Of a stretch of DNA of 64,000 nt, positions 38,139-49,330 are shown one piece after another. The stretch is taken from NCBI GenBank assembly GCA_030704615.1, contig CM060733.1, forward strand, positions 42,656,001 through 42,720,000, read 5' to 3'. Below the pieces are notes generated by a model that was not told where the DNA came from, searched no databases, and saw only the letters and a list, made by a program, of their open reading frames with translations. The translations under genes and the position numbers were made by a program. The DNA is from Takakia lepidozioides (taxonomy: Eukaryota; Plantae; Bryophyta). Numbering within the stretch: position 1 is the stretch's first letter; every line of letters starts with the position of its first letter.

Positions 38139-41100
38139 TTAATCTTGAAAATCATCGGAATCCTCATCCTGTTCTAGACTGTCCTGCTCCTCCTCCACCC
38201 CCTCAGTGCCTCTCTCATCTCCAGCGGACTGCTCGTTGGCCAGGCTTTCGAAAATCCCATCTTCCCCTTGCGGAACTGTCCATCTCACCTCCGTTGGGTC
38301 GTCCTCCTCCCTGTCTGCGTCGCTCTCATCCGCTGAATCACATATGTACTTTCGTACCCGTCTACCTGTCTGAGCTGCTGCCAACTCTTTCCTTATCCTT
38401 CTGTCCTCCCTAGCCCTCTCCAAAATCTGCTCTACTTTACTGGGATTCTCACTTCTTCTAATCGCTGTATTTGCGAGTTTAGCTGCATAACTAGGAAGGG
38501 AGTAGTCCCTCACCGGGCTCGTCATGAAGTCGGCCCTCGCAAAGAACGGGACATTCTTCCTGGCAGGAAGTGTAGGCCCTACATGTTTCGACCCGGACCC
38601 TGCAATCCTGCACATGACAATCATCAACGAGACTAATGAGAACCACAGTCGGGAAATTCCTTTGACATAAATGACCCAGAAGGCTTTGCAAACTTACAAT
38701 GTTTGCACTCACTCGTATTCCGGGTTCTCCTCTGCATCAATGTCCACTGTGTCTTCCTCGGACTCCGACGAATCCGAGGAGACTTCCGCTCTGTCGGGAG
38801 CCTTCACATTCCGTTGCAGCCCCTCCAGATGGGATCCCCACACGGATGAATCCTCCTCGTAGGCAAAGAGGTGCCGGTCGGAAAACCGCCCAGCCCACAT
38901 TGAGGCACCTGTTACAATGCCATCCACACATTACCACATGGCGCTTCAGATGTTGCGAACTACATCCTAACGAGAATTTGCAGAACAGCAGAGATCAAGA
39001 TTCTGCATACCTGTCCCACAGATGAGGTCCAGCACTGTGCCCTCCACGTCTGTGCATGTCTCCATAATTGTCTGAATGAAGGCAGGGCTCCGAGTCCGTG
39101 AGTACCGCAGGGGTTCCGTTGAAGTGAGGCTATGAGGGAGAAGTTCCTTGGGAACGTTGTTGAACAGAACGTCGTAATCGAGTGGGTCGCAGTTCGGGTC
39201 AACCTTTCCTCCCTCCTTCCGGAAAGCAAAGGTGGAGTTTTCCTTCACAAAGCAGTATGCATCGAACTGCTTCGTCTGCATACACAGGGGGAAAACGATT
39301 AGAAACCGAATGCGGCACCGCATTTGAAAGCACCCAAGCAAATGAATGGACGAGTGCCAGTGTCGTAATCACCTTCTTCCCTTCCGACCGAAGGCCCAGT
39401 GTGTTGATGCACGTCCACTTCTTTTTCAGAATCGGGACGGCGCTCTTGCGGGTCCACTTCGCAATTCCTGTCTGAGTGTTTTTTCCTCTGCTCGCCAGGA
39501 CAACCACACAGCCTCTGTCGTCCAACACCATGCGGGCAAGCCCGAATCCTTTCTTCCAAAAGTCCTCCGAGTACCTGTTCCAAGATGGCAAAGCTTGCAG
39601 TCCTTCCACAGGCTCTCCGTCCGGAATATCCAAGATGATCATATCGCAAGACCACTCGGTGGCATTTCCGCCCCTCCTACAATCCTTGTCTGCACACACC
39701 CTCTCAAAGAACGAGACCATATTCTGAAATCCTGGGGTGTCGGAAGGCTCTTCGGCAGTCGCCTTCTTCAGTGCTCTGCCCTTCAGACCCTCCATGGTCT
39801 TCATGTATGCCAACTTGGCTGCCCGTCCATCCAAAGCCGCCAAGAAACTCTCATTTACACACTGGACTACAGTTTCGGGAGCCACTTTCGGCCTCTTCAT
39901 TTCCACCGGCTCGAAAGGGTGCCCCCCTGGGGGGTTGAAGAGTGCCTTCTTTGCCGAGCCAGTTCTCGTGCCTCTCGTGACAACGGTGGGCACAGGGGAG
40001 GCAGCCTGCGTTTGGGGGGGTGGGCTGGTTGCAAAGTCTCCATCGGAGTCCTCTTCCTCACCCTCTTCCTGAACAGGCTGTTTCTGCTTCTTCGTTTTGG
40101 CGGGTGTCACAACAGCTGCTCCTTGCTGGCGAGTCCTCTTCTTCGACCCCTTCTGTTGGGCCTGCACAGCTGCATCCACCGTCTTTTGTGCCATCTCAGC
40201 TGCCTTTCTGGATTCTTCCAGAGCAGCAGATTCCTTTGCCGACTTTGGCCCAGCAGGGACACGTCTTTCCTTTCTCTTCTCTTCTGCCAAGGCGTGCAGA
40301 TCTTTCTCAGACTCGTCAACAATACCGCCAGACATGTCCAGGTACCACGGGCATCCAACGAGATGCGCGGGATGCCATTGTTTCTGCATCTCGGGTGTGT
40401 AGACACAGCTTGGGCCCGCCACGGTCCAAGCCATGAAGAACGGGGGCTCTTGAGCCAGGGCCCCTGTCTGAAGGAGCACGTATTTCATATACCTGCAAGG
40501 CAGTCAGCATGCGTGAGCAAAACTTGAGACCAACCTACTGGCAGAGTGCCACCGAAAACATAAAATGCGAATGCGGTGCCGCATTTCCGAGACAAACCTC
40601 GTAACCAGGCTTCGCATACAAGGGCAGCTGTGCTTCACCTGTAAACAATTCGCATTGCAGCTTTCCCCGCTCCCTCCTGATGTGTAAACTCCACGCTCCT
40701 TCTTGCTGTCTGTAGCTCTCTGGCGAAAAGGTTGTCCTTGTACGCACATCTGAAACGTGTCACGTAGTCTTCCAATGTCTGTGTTCCATCCCATTTGACG
40801 TACAAGCCGAACGAATTTGTGTGCATTACGACTTGCTCCTTTGCATTCGACATTACCTGCCATTCCCAAATGCATTGTCACGTAGCAGTTCAGGGAATTC
40901 ATGTCAGAAAAGCAAATCTGGGGAAGTACCTTGAATTACCTGGAACCACCAAGTCATACGGTTGAGCCACACATCCACTGCAGGGTCGGAAACTTCCAGT
41001 GGAAAAGACCACATTGTCCTTATGCTCTCGGATGCATTCCAGATCGACAGCCACCGTGTCTGCCATTTCCGATCCAATGTCAGTGGCTGGAAGAGAGTGG

Positions 41101-43350
41101 CTATTGCTAGGAAGGAAATTCAGTGCATTGAAACCTCACCTTCTCTTTCGCCTCCACACATGCCGTTGAGAGGTGATGCAGTTTCTCCAATTGCATGGTC
41201 GGCTGCATGGCCCGAGAATAGTGTTTTGCAATCTCGGGGATGAAGTCCTTTCCAAGTGCCGGATCTGCAATTGCCACCAGCTTCACAAGCTTTGACTTGT
41301 ATTTGGTTCTGGACTTGACACCGGCTTCCTTCAAGTGCTCAGTCAATGACTGCAACGTTTTGACCTGCCCCTCACTTTCCATGAAGAAGCGTTTGGCATG
41401 GGCCAAATCCAGCTTGATGTTTGACTGCCAACAAAAACATGCAGAAGCGTTACATTCGATTCATGTGGAAACATTACTGGAAATTGGGGAAGGATGAGCA
41501 GAGGGAAATTGGAGCACGACTTACTTCGTATATCACCTCCACCATTCCATCCATAGTGAGACGATACCATGTCCGGTCTGTTTTTGCAACGGCTTTCTGA
41601 ATGAGCTCCGGCTCCAGCATTTCCGCAAACATCTGCGGATCAGTAAGACCAGTTTTCCTCACCCTGTACAGCATATGTGCCATGTGGGTATGCACGTACG
41701 CATTCTCAGTGACCCTGCAAGGCACACTCTCCAGTTCAGTACACGGAAGCACGGAATCAAACCAGAATGGAAACCGAAATGCGGCACCGCATTTCGAATG
41801 TGCTAGGGAGGGTATGAGTATCTTACGAGTTGAGGTCCGCCATGGCATTCTTGAGGAGGGAGGAGTCTGCCGCCTTCACCTTGAGGATGACACACTCCAC
41901 CATGTAATGCCAGCCAATGTGCTTGGCATGGTTCTGCTTGATGTACTCCCACCAGGCGAGAAGTCGGTGATTCCCGTCCCACACAAAGAACATTTTTCCC
42001 GACATATGGCCGAAGTCGGGATCACCCTTCAGCGTCGCCTCGAATTCGTGGTTGCGAGTGTGCCAGTGGGTATCCCACGTTGACAATTCATCGGCAGTGG
42101 GTCCACGGGTTTCGCCGTCCTCATTCTCTATGGAAACGTAAAACGCTGCCGATCCCAGACGGTACCCTTCTCGAAATGCGAACTTGAGCTTATCCACATC
42201 TCCGGGAAGGGCCTGCCTGACGATGGGAAGGGAGACCATGCGACAGAGTGGGATTCGAAGAGTCCGCTGGAATACCCTGCTGCCCAGAACTCTGCCAATG
42301 CTACTGTGTGTCTCCTCCAACATTTTATCCGCTGCACTTTTGAAATCCTCCGGAGACATGTCTGTAGGTGCCGGTAGTGGCTGAGCAGGTGGAGCATCCT
42401 CAACTGGAGCTGCACTCTGGGGCCTGTGTGCGGGCAATTCTGCCATTGCAGAGGCCTCCTCCGGGCCTGCTAGCTCATCGGTGGTGAGGTCTGCCTGCGA
42501 ACGTTCAGCGGCAGCACCCTCCTCCGGTACCAAATCGAGATCAACGGTCGATCCCATTGCCTTCGCTGCAGCAGAGTCGGCCCCAACATCTGCAGGCGGG
42601 AAATCCTCCAGGAACTGAGCTTCAGCTCGTGGAAGCGGTTTTGCGGGAGATTGTTCGGCCGTCGCCCTGATTGCCTTCTGCTTCCTCATCCTTGCAGGTG
42701 AAGGTGTCTGCTGCAATAGAATCTGTCTTCTACCCTGCTGCTTCATTCGCGTTGGGGGGGGTGAATCGGCCTGAGCCGGTTCAGAAGCCAGTAGAGGGAC
42801 GGGCTGCTTCTTCTTCGACTTTGCTGGAGAAGGGCCCGACCCCTGCTGGCGATTCTCCATGATCGAAGAACGCGAGTCGATCTCTGAGACTTTGAACTTG
42901 CCCTTCGAAGACGCGTCTTTGAATCGCAGAGGGCTAGGCCCGGCAGGAGTACCCGCGCTCGGGGATCGGGTGGGTGTACGTGCTGCAGCTAGCTCCTCGG
43001 ACTCTTCCTGCGGCTCTTCGGATTCCTGCGATCCCTCCAGCACGTCCACCTTTCCTGTTAGGCATGCAAACATGTTCTGCATTCAAGTCTCCTAGCATTC
43101 AGTCTAAGAATTACAGAAGCAAAATGGGGGGTTCGGTGCTCGATCAGCTGCGCGCAGCCCGATCGCATGGAGCTCTCACTGGTGGCTGGGTTGCCTGAGT
43201 GGCCTGCTGCTCGGAGATGGCAATCTCCTCCTGTAGACGCATCTGCTTCCTCCCCTTCGGCATTGGCCTACGTCCGAAGTATAATTTCCGGAGCTTGCGA
43301 CGAGGTCTCCTGTCTGGTGCACGAACTCCCCCCCTCTCAGGTTCGAGCAT
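38139..43350 (-). CDS. ParB/Srx-like domain + beta-class N4C/N6A DNA methyltransferase-like fusion protein, about 1400 aa. Exons approx. 43350-43180, ~43050-41827, 41714-41525, 41424-41140, 41086(or 41059)-40940, 40856-40639, 40492-39373, 39275-39011, 38908-38713, 38607-38139
   Basis: ParB-like: LRIPLCRMV...VRQALPGDVDKLKFAFREGY...FFVWDGNHRLLAW. MTase-like: CDMIILDIPD (motif IV position), LARMVLDDRGCVVV, RSPAFIQTIMETCTDVEGTVLDLICGTG|ASMWAGRFSDRHLFAYEED (motifs X-I-II, joined across a phase-1 intron). Eight GT-AG introns from exon 2 onward are phase-compatible with no stops. The exon 2 acceptor is uncertain. Confidence 0.8.
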
Positions 43351-43698
43351 AAGAAGAACAGAGAGAGGGAAAAGGGGCAAAGAGTGCAGATGGAAAGGGC
43401 GCGAGAGGGGTGACTGAGGAGACACGACAAAAGTAGATGAAACGGCGGTGATGCACCACTTGGGTTCGAAAGGTTGGACGAAAGTGTCTCCTCGTGGAGT
43501 TTGCGTCATTACGAAATTCGAATCGTTGAGGGTACGCCCGCCGTCCGAAAATCAAACATCATTATCCAACGGTCAGGCCGCGCCGCCTCATGCCCCTTCA
43601 GTCAGATAGAGTGCCGACATGTGCAGCAATTCCGTTGCTCCACGTGTTCACATTTCAAGGCATTTCCGTCCCAGCGTCTGATGAGTTGGAGCGAGAAT

Positions 43699-45297
43699 GC
43701 GAATGCGGCGCCGCATTTCCGTTAAGTACGATCACTCTGCTACACATCCGTACTTGTTGGAAGAAAATGCGGCACCGCATTTCCGTTCCACCTTCACATA
43801 CCTTAGTTGTTGAACGGAAATACGGTGCCGCATTTCCGTCCCACAGCTCCATGTATGAGATTCAGAAGGGAAATGCGGCGCCGCATTTCCGTTCCCACTT
43901 CACATACGTTAGTTGATGAATGGAAATGCCGTGCCACATTTCCGTTCGGGAAAGTATAGAGGTCTCACCTGGACAGAAATGCGGTGTCGCATTTCCGGTC
44001 TGGAAAGGTTGAAGGTCTCACATGGATGGAAATGCGGCAACACATTTCCGTAGCACAGCTCCAGGCCGAATATACAAAACGGAAATGCGGCGCCGCATTT
44101 CCGTTCGAGAATGTCGGAAGGTGCGACTCGAACGGAAATGCGGTGCCGCATTTCTGTACCCGTTGCGCACGATTTTCAGTCAGAATGGAAATGCGGTACC
44201 GCATTTCCGTTCTGTAGAGTATTAACGTCTGACGCTGGCGGAAATGCCTTCCCGCATTTTCGTTCCACAGCTCCATGCCTCACATACAAAACGGAAATGC
44301 GGTGCCGCATTTCCGTTTTGGAATGTCGGATGGTGGGACTCCGACGGAAATGCGGTACCGCATTTCAATTCCGATGTTTCAGGATATTTCATCAGAACGG
44401 AAATGCGGTGCCGCATTTCCCTTTTAAATCTAATACATTCCGTTCTGGAATGTTGGGAGGTGCGACTCGGATGGAAATGCGCTGCCGCATTTCAGTTCCG
44501 ATGGTTCACGATTTTCAGTCAGAACGGAAATGCGGTGCCGCATTTCCGTTCTGGAATGATGGTAGGTGCGACTCGGATGGAAATACGGTGCCGCATTTCA
44601 GTTCAGATAGTTCACGATTTTCAGTCAGAACGGAAATGCGGTGCCGCATTTCCGTTCTGGATAGTGTGAATGTCTCAACCGCTCGGAATTGCGCTGTATG
44701 AAGCTGTCGGAATCTTACTCGGCTCCAGGCATCAGATACAAAATGGAAATGCGGCCCGCATTTCCTTTATGGAATGTCGAAAAGTGCGACTTTGACGGAA
44801 ATGCGGTGCCGCATTTCTGTTCCCGTTGTTCATAATTCTCAATCAGAACGGAAATGCGGTACCGCATTTCCGTTCCACCTTCACATACCGTGCTTGTTGA
44901 ATGAAAATGCGGTACCGCATTTCCGTTCTCGAGAGTATGAATGTCTTTTAAGGACGGAAATGTGCTGCAGCATTTCTATCCCTCAGCTCCATGCATCAGA
45001 TACAAAATGGAAATGCGGCGCCGCATTCCCGTTCTGGAATGTCGAAAAGTGCGACTCGGACGGAAATGCGGTGCCGCATTTCTGTTCCCGTTGTTCATAA
45101 TCTCAATCAGAACGGAAATGCGGTACCGCATTTCCGTTCCACCTTCACATACCGTGCTTGCTGGATGGAAATGCGTTACCGCATTTCCGTTCTGGAGAGT
45201 ATAAAGGTTTCCCCCGGACGGAAACTCGGTGCCGCATTTCCGTCGCTCTGTTGCATGACCAAGATGCAATACGGAAATGCGGCGCCGTATTTCCGTC
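43699..45297. repeat. Array of about 30 palindromes (AC)GGAAATGCGGYRCCGCATTTCC(GT) with 53-bp period, between the divergent cargo and transposase starts
   Basis: Starts at 43763, 43816, 43869, 43922, 43975, 44028, 44081, 44134, 44187, 44240, 44293, 44346, 44399, 44473, 44526, 44579, 44632, 44685, 44745, 44797, 44850, 44903, 44956, 45009, 45062, 45114, 45167, 45220 and 45273. Spacers fall into about 5 diverged classes. Confidence 0.96.
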
Positions 45298-45723
45298 CAC
45301 CAGCAATCGACAGAATCACTCGTGACGGGAAATCTGGAACCTCAATGGGTTGCATTGTTCCGAAACAACACAATTGCGGCCAGTCTTGATGAGCACAACT
45401 TGGTTGTCTGACCGTTTTAACCAGCAGTCCTGGCACTTGTCAGTGCGAACGTTCCTGTCTGCACCGAGAATACTGCTGGATCCACCCTCAGGAGAAACTG
45501 TCAGGAGATGTTATTTCGTCGCCGAATCGGCCATCATTGTCCTACTCACTGGCTATGGAATCAAACCTCCCACCTTCATGCATGTAGCTTGAAACAATAC
45601 TTTCCACTTCAATGTGCGACTTCCAATTGTCGATGGACTCCGCAGATCCACTTAGATGGTGCCTGTGAGCCTTGGTCTGTCGCTATACTGAACCTCGCAC
45701 TTGCCAACTCCGTGCGGTGTTCG

Positions 45724-48700
45724 ATGGCTCCGAATTCCTACGCTATAGTTTGCTGTCCTCCGCAACTTGGGAGAGCCTGGATCCCAAACGAGGGAGGACT
45801 TTGCAGAGTGACTGAAACTTACCTTTGTTCCAAATTCAAGCTCAAACCGGGCACAGTTTATTTGGAAGAAGAAAGGAAGGATGTTCCTGGACAGGTTGAC
45901 GAGACCATTGTCGTGCTAGGTAACGACGGAGGTTGCGGAATCGAATGGCACGTTCCCCCGTCAGACACCATCCTGTACCGAGCTGTGGGAATGCCCATTC
46001 CCTTTCCGAATCAGTCGCTGCCCACACCATCCACAAAGGAGTCCGGAAACCGAGAGGCGGCCACTGCCAACAGAGAGGTATGCAACGATAATCATTCCCG
46101 ACCTGGACCGTCAAGACCCTCCATAGCTTCTCGTGTGGACGTATTCGACATTTCCGACGAGGAAGATGATTGCATTGAGGTACCCATGTCCTCCACACGG
46201 TCGTTCAAATCCGGCATGGACGTCTCTGTAGGTGCTACGCATGTGCCCTCGAGCATAACTCCAACCCGGTCCATTGTGCAGCTCCTACGACAACATCACC
46301 TCGATGGTTCTCGCTCCGAGCTGGCTGCTCTCGACTATGCCAAATTCCCAGTCAGAAAGGTAACGTTTCTGCCTCCCGAAGTCGATGGCAATGTCATCTT
46401 CGAGTTTCCACCTGTTTCTTCGTCAAAGAAAGCCTCCGGGATGTTAACAGACATGGATCGAAAGCATGACGGACACCCCTGGTGTGTGACGAAGACCAGT
46501 AGCACGAAAATTGCTGATGGTGTTCGTGTACGATATGTCCTCTGTGCGGGGAAGCTGAGGTGCCTCAATCCCACCTGCTTCCACTTTCTCTCCAAAGGAG
46601 GGCGGAGAAACGAGACGGATTGGACTGGCACAACGCATCATCCATTCATTGTCTCCAGCCAAGCTCCTGCGGGTTCTTTCAAGTGTGCACATTGCAAAGA
46701 ACCACCGACGTGCATGTCCATGTGCAGAGCCAAGCAATATTACGTAATCCATTTGCTCCCGGACTTGACTAGAGCTTGCATACACGTTGGGGTCCACTGC
46801 CACCCCTTGGCGAGAGGCAACATGCGTGAGGCTGTGCAGGAAGCACACGACATCATAAAAGAGGAGGTGAAATTGAGCCCCGGAGCCAGACCAAAGCAGA
46901 TTCAGCTGAAGGCAGCCCACAAGATTGCTCTTGGCAAAATCATGTCTGAAGATGGTTCCGACCGAGAGCCCTTGACCGAAGACGAGATGCGTGACCTCTT
47001 GGAGTCCGTCTCGCACGTTTGTAGTCCGAATGTGCGGAATCACATCGTATCTTGCAAGCAGGAGTTCGGCAGGGGGTCGGACATGTACTCAATCCTGGAG
47101 GTGAAACGAATGACTGGATATGACTACATCCAAGGTAGCAGGTTTCCAGGGCAAGGCAGCGAATCCGATCGTTGTTACATTTTCAAAATGTCGACGTGTG
47201 GGCCTGGGAGTGGAGTCGACTTGGTCACTCGCATGACAACTGGAAACTTGTCGAATGCTTGGGTGATGTTTGATCACATCAAGCGAATTACAAACCATCA
47301 GTGGGTGACTATGGGTGCGCATGTTTATGACTATCACTCCAAGAGGCTCATGACGATTGCAATCTGCGAGATGAAAGGGGAGGACACACAGTCCGAGATG
47401 CATCTGTGGGAGGGCATAAACCAGCAGATGGCAAGGGCGGGATTGCCAGAGCCCAATTTCAGGGGATTCATGGCAGACAACGCTCAGGCCAACTGGGCAG
47501 CGGTGCGGCGTGTGTACGGTGAGGACCCCAATGTTCCAATGGAGGGGAAAGAGAGATCCTGTGGATTCCATTGGATGCAGAGTCTATCCCACTACACTAC
47601 CAAATTTGTTGCTAGCTCATTCCAGGCTGAACACCGTGTCCTTTGTACGGCGTGGAAGGATGCACCCACATTTGATGACGCGGAGGTTAAGTTTGCTATC
47701 ATCGAGGCTTGGTGGAACACGTCAGGTGCAGTGGAGACAACCAATCTGGGAGCATTGCACAGCTGGTTGGGGTGGTGGCATTTTCGGTATCGACAGTTCG
47801 GACAGTACATGCGGGAGGTAGGCTGCTGTCAATTTCGTTCATTTGTCTTTCTGTTACGGACATTTCGATTGGTCCCTCACCGTTGTTTGTGTCCTTCTAG
47901 GAGCGGTGCTTGGATTCCGACACGGACATGCCGAACACGAATATGGCAGAATCGGTCCACTCCTCCTGGCGAGCGTCTTCTGCCGCACATCTGGTGGACG
48001 TAGTGACGGCCACAACGGAGGACATCGACAGAGCAATCATGCAGCAAGCCACGTACTACAAGTTCCTGAGCGGCAAACAATGGGGCTTTGGGCCGGACAG
48101 GGAGGAATTGTTGGTACGAACAGCTTCGAGGTCCAAGAATCCAGTGAAATGGGCGACAGCATTGCGAGAGAAGATCAAAGGGACGCCTCTGCACCGCAGA
48201 GGTGAACACCTAGAGGGGGACGTCCGGACTCGCCCTGTCAGGCGGAGGATTGAAGAGGAACCCGGGTGCGAAGAGGATTCCTGGAGATCCGACAGGAACA
48301 TTCGGACAGCACCTCGAGGTCCCGTCATGTTGCCGCACAATGTGTCTTCCAGCAGTGGAAGCCCAAGAAATTCCAGATCGCCGTCGCCTTCAACCGGGGA
48401 TTTCGTGCAACAAATTCCCACCGCTCCCTTGCCCCACATTCCGCCCGCTGTTATGCAGTATGGCCAAGCCATTGTGGAGACGACTGTGTCTGCCTCACAG
48501 TGGAGAATTGCTCGCACAAAGCCGTCGTTTCGAGGAAGGTGTTCCGCAATTCGTGTGGATACACGGCAACGTTGTTTAGAGATGATAAGGAGGAATCCAG
48601 ATGGGGCTGTCCCTGCTCCTACTTTTACAGGAAGATTTGTCCATGCAAAGTTTGCGGAGGCGACAACCACCCAGTTCTGGTTCTGCAGGCACGACATTAT

Positions 48701-49330
48701 GACTTGCGTGTATGGAAAGCCCAAGTACGGCATACAGACAATGCCAGAGGCTCCCCCGGTGTGGCCGGTGGAACCAGGCTGCGATCTGAGTCAGGTTGAG
48801 GCCGACGCCCTTACCGCCGCAGGATTTCGGATGGTGCAGCGCACTGACGTGCCCAGACACCATTTCCGCTTCCACAGCCTCCACCACCGACCCCTGTGAG
48901 AGCAAGAACAATGGGACACGACAGCTCTAAGCATCCTACACACCGTTGGGGGAAACCGAAGAGGCGGCGACCTCCCTCAAAAGTGAACGAGACAAGGATG
49001 GGGAATGCACTTCGGATGAACTGTACAATCCAGAGCTCGACAGAAGTGCCCCCACCAGGATTCGGGCGTGTGTATCAAATGGCCACGGCGGGCTCAGCTG
49101 TTCGCAATGAGGTGTACACCATCACCATTTCAGAATTACCCACCTGCAATTGCACCGACTTCCAGATCATGGCGAACAAGGGGGCATCATACTGCCCTTG
49201 CAAGCATTTGTACTACGTGTACCTAAAGAGACTCCGTTGTAATTCCACAACTCATCACTTCATACATGCACCAGGGTTGAGCCCCCAGGAGGTTCACACT
49301 CTTCTGAATATGGATCCAGGGGACCAGTGA
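45724..49330 (+). CDS. MULE-type DDE transposase with N-terminal GCM-like Zn domain and C-terminal SWIM finger. Exons 45724-47817 and 47901-49330; one apparent 1-nt frameshift at about 48864
   Basis: GCM-like W...CxGxxxCxxxxC...CxxC...C...GxHxHP (46480-46810). Putative catalytic D (VMFDH), D (FMADNA) + CGFH, and E (TNMAES). SWIM CNCTDF-x-CKH. The intron position is conserved in element 2, where the SWIM region is in frame with the DDE region. Confidence 0.9.

Noticed and set aside
39346-40527. 393-aa plus-strand ORF (also 36087-36821 plus and 48056-48733 minus)
   Set aside because: Antisense shadows of GC-rich coding exons; no motifs.
38139-43350. Bacterial or prophage contamination as the source of ParB-MTase
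   Set aside because: The gene has multiple phase-compatible GT-AG introns and lies within a TSD-flanked element nested in plant retrotransposons.
43699-45297. CRISPR array (palindromic repeat of about 26 bp plus constant-length spacers)
   Set aside because: The spacers are related to each other in about 5 recurring classes (higher-order duplication), the repeats are degenerate and also occur singly in introns, there are no cas genes, and the context is a eukaryotic transposon.
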